Shown piece by piece: positions 36,843 to 46,843 of a stretch of 64,000 nucleotides of DNA. The DNA lies in NCBI GenBank assembly GCA_964615305.1, contig CAZTNA010000002.1:18835-82834 (forward strand), in the 5' to 3' direction. The translations under genes and the position numbers were made by a program. The first letter of the stretch is position 1, and every line of letters starts with the position of its first letter. This DNA is from an uncultured Chitinophaga sp. GTDB taxonomy: Bacteria; Bacteroidota; Bacteroidia; Chitinophagales; LD1. The notes under the pieces are model-generated. The model searched no databases, had not been told where the DNA came from, and saw only the letters and a program-made list of their open reading frames with translations.

Positions 36843-38186
36843 TCAATTATCCTGAGCAGCTCTTTTAAGTTGCGAACTCTTGATGTCACGCATAAGGTCA
36901 TGCCAAACATGTCGTGGGTTACTTTCTACCTCATTCATAGTTTCTTCCATTTCTTTTAGAAGGAAAGACTCGTTAGTGTCATATACATCGCCTTGTAAGA
37001 ATCTGATGACCTCTAATCTGTATTTTGGATTCTTTACAAACCATGTAAACAAAACATGAAGGCGATAGTACATGGTTATAAACTTATACCAGTTTTTACA
37101 CCCTGCAGCAAGTATTGCTTCGTACTCGGCAAATGCCTCACGATGTAGATTTAACTCAGGCTTTTTAAAGGCCTTAATAATAGTATTGGTGGCGTAACGC
37201 GCCCCGTTTAACGCAATACTTACACCGCTGCTAAAAATTGGATCTACATATCTAGCAGCGTCCCCTACCAATACAAACCTATCGCCTGCCATTTGACGCA
37301 TACTGTAGCTATAGTCAGCTTCGAGGCTAAACGGTCTTACGCGCTCTGCTGCTTTTATTCGTTTGCTTAATTCGAAATTTGTACCTAAGAACTCATTGAA
37401 AATACCTTCTAAATCATCAGCGCGCCCTTTAATATGCTCTTTTGAAGTTACCAACCCTATACTGGTTATTTCATCAGTAATCGGTATCTGCCAAATCCAT
37501 GTATGGTGAAATGGCAAATGGTGAATAAATATGTAATCGTGCAACTCTTTTTCGTTACGATCGAAGTTTTTATACCAACTGTGTATTGCAAACTGGTTAA
37601 AGTCAGGGTCGCTCTCTTTTAATTTCATTCGCGTGCCCAGGTTTGTATCTCTACCGCTGGCATCCACCACCATTTTTGCTTTAAACTGTTCAACGGTATT
37701 TCCTATGCGCACTTCAAGGGTTACAAAATCTGGGTGGCTAAAATCAGTGTTTTGAACTCCTGCTTCCTGATAGACAGTTGCGCCCAATTTTTCAGAATGC
37801 TTCAACAACTTTTCATCAAATATGCCTCGGTCAACATGAAAAGTGTATTCTCTGTAACGTCCGGGCAACTCACGTTCATTGAAAAGTATATCAACTTGTT
37901 CAAGTAACCCCATACCTTTAAAGTCATGGTTCATATTGTGTTGAGCGTTAACCGTGCTCCACGCAGCTCCATATTTTTTAACAAACAAGCCAGACTCTTC
38001 TAACTCATCAAAAACCCCTAGTTCGTTGAGAACCCTATTAACCGATGGCACCATAGACTCACCTACGTGTGGTCTGGGAAATTTTTTCTTTTCAAATACT
38101 ACAGTACTAATACCTGCTTTGGCTAAATATGACGCGGTAGTTGAGCCTGCAGGACCACCGCCTATAACTGCTACATCGTAAATCAT
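36843..38186 (-). CDS. FAD-dependent oxidoreductase with flavin-dependent halogenase signature
   Basis: The FAD fold 'VAVIGGGPAGS' and 'EKKKFPRPHVGESMVP' are present. An exact WxWxIP motif, 'WIWQIP', is encoded at 37482-37499. 'LVGDAARYVDPIFSSGVS' is also present. Confidence 0.7.
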   Translation of the reverse strand: MIYDVAVIGGGPAGSTTASYLAKAGISTVVFEKKKFPRPHVGESMVPSVNRVLNELGVFDELEESGLFVKKYGAAWSTVNAQHNMNHDFKGMGLLEQVDILFNERELPGRYREYTFHVDRGIFDEKLLKHSEKLGATVYQEAGVQNTDFSHPDFVTLEVRIGNTVEQFKAKMVVDASGRDTNLGTRMKLKESDPDFNQFAIHSWYKNFDRNEKELHDYIFIHHLPFHHTWIWQIPITDEITSIGLVTSKEHIKGRADDLEGIFNEFLGTNFELSKRIKAAERVRPFSLEADYSYSMRQMAGDRFVLVGDAARYVDPIFSSGVSIALNGARYATNTIIKAFKKPELNLHREAFAEYEAILAAGCKNWYKFITMYYRLHVLFTWFVKNPKYRLEVIRFLQGDVYDTNESFLLKEMEETMNEVESNPRHVWHDLMRDIKSSQLKRAAQDN

Positions 38187-38372
38187 ATTGTTTCTATTTG
38201 TTGTTTGGTATGCATTATATGACCAAATATAATTAATACTCTATCTCAATAGTTAGTTTCAGATAAGAAATTAATGAATAAGACTTGCCTTAATAAGGCA
38301 ACTAACACCTTACTATTATTAAATTTGAGCAATTAAATTACCCAAGCAAATTATTGGTTTAACCACAGTTAA

Positions 38373-39596
38373 ATGGCTGAAAAGAAAAAAGATTTTGCAG
38401 GCATAGTATCTAAGCTTGGCTTACAACCACTCGAACAACCTACTGCAGTGGCAAACAGAAAAGCAAAATTAGTAATTGGAATACCTAAAGAACGCAGTTT
38501 TCAGGAACATAGAATTGGGCTAACACCAGAATCGGTAAGTACGCTGGTTGCCAACGGTCATCGGATATTAATTGAGCGCGGTGCCGGCCTCGACTCACAT
38601 TTTTCTGACAACCATTACTCAGAAGCCGGTGCCGATATTGCAGAAACACCCGAAGAAGTGTTTAAAGCTGATGTGGTAATTAAAATTGCCCCGCCACTAA
38701 TGAACGAAATAGAAATGATGCAAACCGGCCAAACACTCATTTCTCCCATCCATTTACCAACCATACGCAAAGAGTACATTCAGCTACTGATGAAAAAGAA
38801 GGTAACTGCGTTGGCCTTTGAATATACAAATGATGATGCCAGCAGGTTTCCATTTGTAAGAGCCATGAGTGAAATTGCCGGTAACAGCGTAATACTTCTT
38901 GCTGCAGAATTTTTAAGCAATGCCAATGATGGTAAAGGAATACTTCTCGGAGGTATTTCTGGTGTGCCGCCTGCAAAAGTTGTGATTTTGGGTGCCGGAG
39001 TAGTGGGCGCATTTGCTGCCCGTGCTGCTATAGGTTTAGGGGCTATTGTATCTGTGTTTGATAATAACGTTTACAAACTACAACGCCTGCAGGAAAAGAT
39101 AGGCGCTCGAGTTTTTACGTCCACCGTTTCTCCGGCTATTTTATTGCAGGAACTTCGAACTGCTGACGTAGCCATTGGTGCCATTCATTCTAAGCAGGGC
39201 AGAACACCCGTTATTGTAACTGACGAAATGGTATCTAAAATGAAAGCCGGTAGTGTGGTTATTGACGTTAGCATAGATCAAGGAGGGTGTTTCGAAACGT
39301 CAGAGGTGACTAGCCATGCCGAACCTACATTTAATAAGTACGAAGTAATACACTACTGCGTTCCAAATATTCCTTCACGAGTTTCGCGTACGGCTTCTTA
39401 CGCTTTTTCAAATATACTCACCCCAATCCTTATTCGCTGTGGCGAATTGAATGGAGTTAAAAACCTTATTTACGAAGACAGAGGTATCCGTTCCGGAATT
39501 TATTTATATAAAGGCAACCTCACTAATCAAAATCTCTCAAACATGTTTGGCATAAAAAGCAGCAATCTCGAATTATTATTTGCCACTAATTTGTAA
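38373..39596 (+). CDS. alanine dehydrogenase / PNT-alpha family NAD-dependent dehydrogenase
   Basis: 'IGIPKERSFQEHRIGLTPE' and the NAD fold 'VVILGAGVVGAFAARAAIGLGA' are present. Confidence 0.75.
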   Translation: MAEKKKDFAGIVSKLGLQPLEQPTAVANRKAKLVIGIPKERSFQEHRIGLTPESVSTLVANGHRILIERGAGLDSHFSDNHYSEAGADIAETPEEVFKADVVIKIAPPLMNEIEMMQTGQTLISPIHLPTIRKEYIQLLMKKKVTALAFEYTNDDASRFPFVRAMSEIAGNSVILLAAEFLSNANDGKGILLGGISGVPPAKVVILGAGVVGAFAARAAIGLGAIVSVFDNNVYKLQRLQEKIGARVFTSTVSPAILLQELRTADVAIGAIHSKQGRTPVIVTDEMVSKMKAGSVVIDVSIDQGGCFETSEVTSHAEPTFNKYEVIHYCVPNIPSRVSRTASYAFSNILTPILIRCGELNGVKNLIYEDRGIRSGIYLYKGNLTNQNLSNMFGIKSSNLELLFATNL

Positions 39597-39624
39597 TTGT
39601 ATTCAAACTATAATAACATCTATT

Positions 39625-41205
39625 ATGCGCCTGATAGGAAGTATTGTGCTGGTTTTTTTAGCAGTAAATTTTGTTGAAGCACAGAAAAATATTCAGTACC
39701 GTAGTTCATTGGCCTACCCCCGCATAGTTTCAAATATATGGGGCTATACAGACACTGCTAATGGTAGGGAATATGCATTGGTGGGTGTAGAGCATGGTTT
39801 GTCAATAGTAGATGTAACCGATGCAGAAAACCCGGATGAAATATTTTTTGTGCCTACAGATACCTCTATATGGCAAGAACCAAAAGTGTGGACTCATTAC
39901 GCATATATGACCAATGAAAACAAAGGAGGTATTCTGATAGTTGATTTAGGCAATTTACCATACTCCGCGCCCTTTACACGTTGGAGCAACATAACCGGAG
40001 AAGATTATCAGAAGTCGCATTCATGTTTTATAGACGAGAATGGAATTCTATACCTGAATGGCAGCAACTTATTTAATCGAGGCTGTCTGATGTGCGATTT
40101 AATACCTGACCCTATGAATCCGGTTTATATTGGCAAGTACGATGATTTTTATGTGCACGATTGTTTTGCCAGAAATGATACGTTGTATTCTTCTGAAATT
40201 TTAAATGGCCAGTTTTCTGTAGTAGATGTTCGTGATAAAACTAACCCTCAGGTCATTGCCAGACAAGAAACTCCGTTTTTCTTTTCACATAATGTATGGT
40301 TAAGTGATGACAACCAATATTTGTTTAATACAGATGAAAAACCTTTAGCACCTGTTACGGCCTATAATATTGCTGATCTTAGCAACATAAAAGAAGTAGA
40401 TCGTTATTGGCATAACCAACATGATTCATCAATAGCGCATAACACCTATTACAAAGAAGGGTTTCTTTATACTTCCTACTACCGCGATGGGGTTACAATT
40501 GTTGATGCACACCGGCCGTATAACTTAATTGAAGTTGGTCATTACGACACATCTCCATTTCCTTCAGGTAATGGTTTTGAAGGATGCTGGGGGGTGTATT
40601 GTTTTTTACCTTCCGGTAATATTATCTGCAGCGACCGGCAAGAAGGTTTGTTTGTTTTAACTCCAACACTAAAAAGAGCCTGTTATTTAGAGGGTAAAAT
40701 TTCTGACGGAAGCAGTTTTCAACCATTGTTTAATGTCAATGTCGAAATCATAGGGCAACCTAACGCTACGCAAACCAATTTGCTAGGTGACTACAAAACA
40801 GGGGTAGCCGATTCAGGAAAGTATGATGTGCGGTTTACTGATTTTAATGGCAATTGCAATACACAAATAGTTACCGGAGTGGTGTTGCGCCCGGGAATGG
40901 TTACCCCGCTCGACTTTTATATGAGTTGTAGTTTTTCAACTGATTTATCAGAAGTTGACGAAAACTTTCACCTCACTGCACTACCATCAGTTTTCGAGGA
41001 GTCAACTATCATACAGTTTCAATCAAAAATTGAAGGTGCCACTGACATAACAGTGCACGATAGTAATGGCAGACAACTGAAATATTTCGAAATTAACACA
41101 CCGACAGCTTCTATTCATTTAGGCAGTGAACTTACACAAGGCATGTACATTGTTACAGCAAAACAGCAAAACCATTCCGCTATTCTAAAACTGGTTAAAA
41201 ATTAG
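39625..41205 (+). CDS. LVIVD-repeat (choice-of-anchor-B-like) secreted protein with a T9SS C-terminal domain
   Basis: The start at 39625 gives the signal peptide 'MRLIGSIVLVFLAVNFVEAQ'. The repeats are 'GLSIVDVTD', 'GILIVDLGN', 'QFSVVDVRD' and 'GVTIVDAHR'. The C-terminal domain ends '...GMYIVTAKQ...LKLVKN'. Confidence 0.75.
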   Translation: MRLIGSIVLVFLAVNFVEAQKNIQYRSSLAYPRIVSNIWGYTDTANGREYALVGVEHGLSIVDVTDAENPDEIFFVPTDTSIWQEPKVWTHYAYMTNENKGGILIVDLGNLPYSAPFTRWSNITGEDYQKSHSCFIDENGILYLNGSNLFNRGCLMCDLIPDPMNPVYIGKYDDFYVHDCFARNDTLYSSEILNGQFSVVDVRDKTNPQVIARQETPFFFSHNVWLSDDNQYLFNTDEKPLAPVTAYNIADLSNIKEVDRYWHNQHDSSIAHNTYYKEGFLYTSYYRDGVTIVDAHRPYNLIEVGHYDTSPFPSGNGFEGCWGVYCFLPSGNIICSDRQEGLFVLTPTLKRACYLEGKISDGSSFQPLFNVNVEIIGQPNATQTNLLGDYKTGVADSGKYDVRFTDFNGNCNTQIVTGVVLRPGMVTPLDFYMSCSFSTDLSEVDENFHLTALPSVFEESTIIQFQSKIEGATDITVHDSNGRQLKYFEINTPTASIHLGSELTQGMYIVTAKQQNHSAILKLVKN

Positions 41206-41712
41206 TTAGAGGGTTGATGGAAATGAAGTTGAAGCAGGAACCAAATTTTTTAGCCAGCTTTCTTTAAAAGCAACTTTCCACTTGGTTTCCAATTGCTGTT
41301 TATTAGCTACAAGGTTATTAAATACAATTGTGTCATCATTTACAATGCCCGATAAAACCAAGGTCTCAAACTGCTCGCGGGAACAGCTTTCCACATGATT
41401 ATTCTGTATGTAAGAAACCTGCCAGCGATCAAAAAAATCAGCATTAAAATCAACAGCTAACTGGCGGATAAAATGCACTGATGAATCTATAGAGCATCCG
41501 CCCAACGATACATTATATTCATCGGCAGCCAGTACCACAAAGCGATTATACAATAACGCCCCATCTCCTTCTACTTTAGCACCATGCGAAACCCATTGGT
41601 TTACAAACGAGTTAATTCGTTGCTTAATAACATTCGCCTCAACATCTGTAAAATTTCTTGAACTCTGATACACCCATACTTTACTTTCTGGGGCTAAATT
41701 TTTACTAAACAT
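41206..41712 (-). CDS. conserved-looking hypothetical protein
   Basis: 168 aa, soluble, with no motif I can assign. It has good coding appearance and a clean intergenic fit. Confidence 0.5.
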   Translation of the reverse strand: MFSKNLAPESKVWVYQSSRNFTDVEANVIKQRINSFVNQWVSHGAKVEGDGALLYNRFVVLAADEYNVSLGGCSIDSSVHFIRQLAVDFNADFFDRWQVSYIQNNHVESCSREQFETLVLSGIVNDDTIVFNNLVANKQQLETKWKVAFKESWLKNLVPASTSFPSTL

Positions 41713-41807
41713 ATTTCTGATTTTGTGAAAAAAATGACAATTCTATGACAATTCAAACTACCTCTCTTAGGTTATTAAACCCATCTTCGCGCCAAAATTA
41801 AGAATAG

Positions 41808-43067
41808 ATGATAAAGCGAGTTAGTTGTATTTTAACAGGTATATACATTTCTGTGTTCGCCAACGCTCAAGTTACTTTACATGAACAGGTAACAATCGGT
41901 GCAAATAACAACGATATGGTGTTTTACCAAATGAAGTGCTCTGAAACCACCACGTCATCTAATTCAGATTGGCATTTTGCAGTTTCTGTTCGTCCTTCTG
42001 TTTTTCCTTCCAACACACTTCAAGGTACTTCAGTACGAATTAACGAAGCAATTGGTGTTAAAGTCTTTCAGATACCGAGTTTTACTGCCGATTCATTTAA
42101 TGTAGTAGTAGATACAGCTAACTACTCGCAGTGGCAACAACTTCATGATAGCGATTCACTTCTGGATCTTGGGGCGTTAAACTCAGGGCTAAATATTAAC
42201 GTGTTTAATTATGGCTGGGGTACTTACAACGGACCTCCTAACCATGATGTGGCAGGAACAAAGGTGTATTTGTATATTCTGCCTGATGGCACTGCCGGAA
42301 AATTTTATGTTGAGCAGTTAGATAAAGACACCGCATGGGATTTAAAATTTGCCTCTATTGATAATCAAAACATACAAACAGTGCACATTGGTAAAGCTGC
42401 ATACAGCGGCAAAAATTTTGTTTACTTGAACTTAAAAACAACTGTTGTACACGATAAGGAGCCATTAAGTGAAGATTGGGACATACTTTTTACGAAATAT
42501 ACATCTGTTGAGGCAGCTACCAACTCTGTAAGCCCACAAGTTGGTGTGTTGCTAAACAAAGGTGTAACTGCCGCTGAGTGTTTAGGCGTTGATCAAGCTA
42601 TAACAAGTCCAACAACATCGTACACTTCCGATATGAGTACCATTGGATGGGAATGGAAATACTTCGACATTCAAAACAATACATACATAGTAGATGACAG
42701 TATTGTTTATTTCGTTAAGAATAGAACTGGAGAGGAGTATAAGTTGTTTTTTACTCAATACAGTGGAGATAATACGGGTATATTTAGTTTTACTACACAG
42801 CAAAATTGTTTGAGTTCAAGCATGCAAATGAGCGGGTTGCCACAGTTTACAGTTTTCCCAAATCCGGCTAAAAGTAGTGTGAACATTTCTGGTTTTTCAA
42901 CTGCCGATATTTCTGTTTATGATTTTAACGGTAATCTACTTTATCAATATATGAATGTGAACTCAACTTTAGCCTTAAACACAGGGCACTTGGCTTCAGG
43001 TTTTTATCTAGTGAAAGTTTCATCACAACAAGGTGTGGGTGTACATAAACTAAGTGTAATACACTAA
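41808..43067 (+). CDS. secreted protein with a T9SS C-terminal domain (possibly HmuY-like fold)
   Basis: A signal peptide is present, and 'DWDILFTKY' is reminiscent of HmuY-like domains. The C-terminal domain reads 'FTVFPNPAKSSVNISG...GFYLVKV'. Confidence 0.6.
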   Translation: MIKRVSCILTGIYISVFANAQVTLHEQVTIGANNNDMVFYQMKCSETTTSSNSDWHFAVSVRPSVFPSNTLQGTSVRINEAIGVKVFQIPSFTADSFNVVVDTANYSQWQQLHDSDSLLDLGALNSGLNINVFNYGWGTYNGPPNHDVAGTKVYLYILPDGTAGKFYVEQLDKDTAWDLKFASIDNQNIQTVHIGKAAYSGKNFVYLNLKTTVVHDKEPLSEDWDILFTKYTSVEAATNSVSPQVGVLLNKGVTAAECLGVDQAITSPTTSYTSDMSTIGWEWKYFDIQNNTYIVDDSIVYFVKNRTGEEYKLFFTQYSGDNTGIFSFTTQQNCLSSSMQMSGLPQFTVFPNPAKSSVNISGFSTADISVYDFNGNLLYQYMNVNSTLALNTGHLASGFYLVKVSSQQGVGVHKLSVIH

Positions 43068-43078
43068 TTGGATTTGCT

Positions 43079-43603
43079 TTAGAAGTGAATATTTCTGCGC
43101 CTGTTGTTAAGCGTATGAATAATGCCCAAAAGCACAATTACAAATAGCAACTCCCATATTAAGGCAAACGGGTTTAGTGTGTTATCGGGTAACTGATTTA
43201 AAAGGTATAGAGGTGTGGTGTTGTCTAAAAGCAAATTAATGCTGTTATGTATGAGGGGTGTTTGGTAGGCAGAATCTTGTATTCCTAATATTTGTTGGCA
43301 GTATATTATTAGCCAATCAATATCTGGTAATAGAGAAAACAATATACCCCATTTGAAATTGCTGCCCCAGATGTATAAAAACATAATGGCAATAAGCCAA
43401 ACCACGAGGTGGTAAACTACCCAAAATGGATCGCTGAAATAGGCTTGTTTAGGATGGTATGTAGATATAGCCAATTTGTCGAACACCCCATGAACAAAAA
43501 TGCTTAACACAAACAGCAGAATGGTGTTCATGCCGCTGTACCGGGTAAAACCGGTAGCCCTTTGTAATATAATACCGGCAAGTATGTGAGTAGGAGCCTG
43601 CAT
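43079..43603 (-). CDS. membrane protein, YdjM/DUF457-like putative metal-dependent hydrolase
   Basis: The N-terminus is 'MQAPTHILAGIIL', and there are several TM helices with conserved His/Asp positions. Confidence 0.45.
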   Translation of the reverse strand: MQAPTHILAGIILQRATGFTRYSGMNTILLFVLSIFVHGVFDKLAISTYHPKQAYFSDPFWVVYHLVVWLIAIMFLYIWGSNFKWGILFSLLPDIDWLIIYCQQILGIQDSAYQTPLIHNSINLLLDNTTPLYLLNQLPDNTLNPFALIWELLFVIVLLGIIHTLNNRRRNIHF

Positions 43604-43626
43604 GAAATTTACCTGCCTGTCAATAT

Positions 43627-45189
43627 TTAAAAAGGAACATCGCCTTCAAAGTCATCGGGCTTATGGCGTTTTTCGAAACCCTGATCGTTGGTTTCTTCTT
43701 CGTTCATTTTCGATTGAATTCTTTTGACTTTGATTCTCTCTCCATCGCGGTTCATTTCTAAGTATTGATCGCTGGCGCCTATCTCATCTAAGTTTTCGAA
43801 TTTGGCAAAACGGTTGATAAATCTGGTTCTTACAGAAAGCACCGGCCCGTTACGATGTTTAGCAATAATTACTTCAGCTATGTCTTTGTTGCTTTGCCCG
43901 TCAGTATCGGTTTCCAGACCATAGTATTCGCCACGGTATAGGAATATTACAATGTCTGCGTCCTGTTCTATGGCACCTGATTCGCGAAGATCGGAAAGTA
44001 TTGGCTTTTTATCGCCTCCGCGGGTTTCAACAGCACGTGATAACTGCGAAAGGGCTATTACAGGTATCTCTAACTCTTTGGCCAGCCCCTTTAACGAGCG
44101 CGAAATTTGGCTAATCTCCTGTTCACGATTTCCGCCTTTGCTATCAGTTGTTCCGCTCATTAGTTGCAAATAATCAATAACCACCATTTGTATATCGTGC
44201 TGCTGCTTTAGTCTGCGGCACTTGCTTCTCAACTCAAACACATTGATAGCCGGAGTGTCGTCAATGAATATTGGCGCATTTTTTAAATGGTCTATCTTAC
44301 TGGTCATTATCTGATACTCGTAAGGTTCCAATGTTCCTTTTCTTATTTTATCAGACGGAATATGCGTTTCCATAGAAATTAAACGTTGCACTAATTGCGC
44401 AGAACTCATTTCTAACGAAAACAATGCAATAGGTTTTTTGTGATCAACTGCAGCATTGCGAGCAAGTGCTAGTGTAAATGCTGTTTTACCCATGGCAGGA
44501 CGGGCAGCTACTATTATTAAATCACTTTTTTGCCAGCCACCTGTGGCTTTGTCTAAATCAACAAACCCTGATGCCACTCCGTTAAGGTGGTCCTGACTGT
44601 TGTTCATACGTATATTCAGCTCTTCTAGTTCTTTGTACACCAGTGATTGTATATCCACCGAGTTTCGCTTCAAATTATTTTCTGCTATGGTAAACAGGTT
44701 CTTTTCTGCGCGGTCAAGTAGTTCAAACACATCTGTAGTATCTTCATAAGCATCTTTAATTACTTCGGTAGAAGTAGAAATTAGTTGCCGCTGAATATAT
44801 TTTTCAGCCAACACACGCGCATGATATTCTACGTTCGCAGCTGAACCAATTTTATTGGTTAACTGCGCTACATAAAACGGTCCCCCGGCAGCATCTAACT
44901 CTCCGTTTTTTTTAAGCTGCTCTGTTACTGTTAGTAAATCTATTGGTGCTTGGTTTTGAAACAATGTGCGAATAGCCCTCCATATCCGTTGGTGGCTGTC
45001 AACATAAAAGGCATCATCTTTTAGTATGTCAATTATTTCATTAATGGCATTTTGCTCAATCATAACTGCGCCCAGCACAGCTTCTTCCAACTCTTTTGCT
45101 TGTGGTGGCAATTTGCCGTAATCAATGCTACTGGTATCAGTTGTTGTTTTACGCAATAAGGATTTCTTCACTAAATCTACATCAGCCAT
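43627..45189 (-). CDS. dnaB: replicative DNA helicase DnaB
   Basis: 'PPQAKELEEAVLGAVM', Walker A 'ARPAMGKTAF', 'VIDYLQLM' and 'VIALSQLSR' are present. The start at 45189 (MADVDL) is preferred to the longer track ORF. Confidence 0.95.
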   Translation of the reverse strand: MADVDLVKKSLLRKTTTDTSSIDYGKLPPQAKELEEAVLGAVMIEQNAINEIIDILKDDAFYVDSHQRIWRAIRTLFQNQAPIDLLTVTEQLKKNGELDAAGGPFYVAQLTNKIGSAANVEYHARVLAEKYIQRQLISTSTEVIKDAYEDTTDVFELLDRAEKNLFTIAENNLKRNSVDIQSLVYKELEELNIRMNNSQDHLNGVASGFVDLDKATGGWQKSDLIIVAARPAMGKTAFTLALARNAAVDHKKPIALFSLEMSSAQLVQRLISMETHIPSDKIRKGTLEPYEYQIMTSKIDHLKNAPIFIDDTPAINVFELRSKCRRLKQQHDIQMVVIDYLQLMSGTTDSKGGNREQEISQISRSLKGLAKELEIPVIALSQLSRAVETRGGDKKPILSDLRESGAIEQDADIVIFLYRGEYYGLETDTDGQSNKDIAEVIIAKHRNGPVLSVRTRFINRFAKFENLDEIGASDQYLEMNRDGERIKVKRIQSKMNEEETNDQGFEKRHKPDDFEGDVPF

Positions 45190-45437
45190 CGGTCTATAGT
45201 TCTTGTTGGGGTTATAAAGATAATTACAAAACGCATTCTGTTTTGGGGGCACGAATCTGATTTTTTGAACCGTTTGATAAAACTTATTGACCAAAAAAAT
45301 TTTCGAACTGTTCCACTAACAGTTTCACGGTAGGTTATCCACATGGCTACGCATTAGTTTCGTGCTATATCATCATAAACTTATATTGATGCATGTGAGA
45401 TATTATTTGTAAGGTTGTTGGCTTACACGCGTTTTGT

Positions 45438-45926
45438 ATGAAAAACAGAGTTACAATATATATGACTTCACCTCTTGGACCGATAGAAATTACGGGTACG
45501 ACTTCAGCCATTACTGATATTGGTTTCTCAACAGTTACCTTCAACAATCCTGAAACGATTCCTTCTGTTTTGCTTCAATGCAAGCAAGAATTAGAGGAAT
45601 ATTTTGAAGGTAAACGAAGTTTATTTACAGTGAAACTAATGCCTGAGGGCACAATTTTTCAGCGCAAAGTTTGGAGCGCGCTTAAAAAAATTGGCTATGG
45701 TAATACTACTACCTACGGAGCCATTGCTAGAAAATTACGTAACCCCGATTCGGTAAGAGCGGTAGGACTTGCCAATAGTAAGAACCCCATAGCCATTATT
45801 TTGCCATGCCACCGTGTAATTGGTGAAGATGGTAAACTGACGGGCTATGCGGGTGGCCTTTGGCGCAAGCAATGGCTATTAGAGCATGAAGGAAATGTCT
45901 CAGGGAAAAATCCTACGCTTTTTTAG
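45438..45926 (+). CDS. ogt: methylated-DNA--protein-cysteine methyltransferase
   Basis: The active-site motif 'LPCHRVIG' is present, with 'TTYGAIA' upstream. Confidence 0.9.
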   Translation: MKNRVTIYMTSPLGPIEITGTTSAITDIGFSTVTFNNPETIPSVLLQCKQELEEYFEGKRSLFTVKLMPEGTIFQRKVWSALKKIGYGNTTTYGAIARKLRNPDSVRAVGLANSKNPIAIILPCHRVIGEDGKLTGYAGGLWRKQWLLEHEGNVSGKNPTLF

Positions 45927-46764
45927 TGGCGCAAACCATTCGAGGTTTACCGCTTAAGTCGTTTCGAAGTTCAATTTGCGTATATCCTTTTTTCTTCAAT
46001 AGTTCACACACTTCTTTTCCTTTACTAGCGTTTATTTCTAAATAAATCTTCCCATTCGGCTCCAAAATATTTGCAGCTTGTTCTGCAATTTTTTTATAAA
46101 AAATTAAATCATCAGTACCGGGCGCAAACAACGCAAGGTGTGGCTCAAACCTAAGTACATTAGCTTTTATTTCTGCCTGTTCGTTTAGATTGATATAGGG
46201 TGGATTGCTAACTACAATGTTGTAAGTGTTCTGCGTCAACGGTTCTTTAAGTACGTCATTATTAAAGAACCTTACGCTTGTATTGTTTTTGGTGTTGTTC
46301 TTTATAGCTATATCTAAGGCCATAGGGCTTACATCACTGGCATCAACTATTGCATGGGGCAATTTGGAAGAAAGTGCAATGGCAATACAACCGCTTCCGG
46401 TTCCAATATCAAGGATGGATACTTGTTCTGTATTTCTCCACTCTGAAACAATCCACTCAACCAATTCTTCAGTTTCCGGTCTAGGAATTAATACATCTGG
46501 AGTTACCTCCAGCATTAAATCAAAAAAATAGACCTCTCCCAATACGTACTGCACCGGCTCATTGTTGATTAAACGTGTTAGAATACGCTGTAGGGTATCT
46601 GACTGATAGGAGGTAAGCAATCTGAAACGGTCTAATGCCATAGAAAGTGGACTAGCTTCCAGCACTTTTTCCAATACAATCTTGGTTATGTTTACTGCCT
46701 CGCGCTTATCGTAAGTTTTACTTAGGGTATCCCAATACTGTTTTTGTATTTCAGCCAGCGTCAT
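45913..46764 (-). CDS. prmC: release factor glutamine N5-methyltransferase
   Basis: 'ILDIGTGSGCIAI' (SAM binding) and 'VSNPPYI' are present. Confidence 0.85.
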   Translation of the reverse strand: MTLAEIQKQYWDTLSKTYDKREAVNITKIVLEKVLEASPLSMALDRFRLLTSYQSDTLQRILTRLINNEPVQYVLGEVYFFDLMLEVTPDVLIPRPETEELVEWIVSEWRNTEQVSILDIGTGSGCIAIALSSKLPHAIVDASDVSPMALDIAIKNNTKNNTSVRFFNNDVLKEPLTQNTYNIVVSNPPYINLNEQAEIKANVLRFEPHLALFAPGTDDLIFYKKIAEQAANILEPNGKIYLEINASKGKEVCELLKKKGYTQIELRNDLSGKPRMVCATKKA

Positions 46765-46843
46765 TACTTATGTTATGTTGCAAACTTAGTTGGCTATTTG
46801 GCATTAGCGAATACATCAATATTTTTAGGTTTGTAAAAACCCA

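Noticed and set aside
39580-39624. Longer start of the LVIVD protein overlapping the alanine dehydrogenase-like gene
   Set aside because: The ATG at 39625 yields a canonical signal peptide, and the upstream extension is Cys/Ile-rich and overlaps the previous CDS.
45335-45343. Perfect DnaA box TTATCCACA in the dnaB-ogt divergent region as an oriC marker
   Set aside because: It is a single box only. A 9-mer is expected by chance about once in this much two-stranded sequence, and there is no cluster of boxes, AT-rich unwinding element or dnaA/dnaN nearby.
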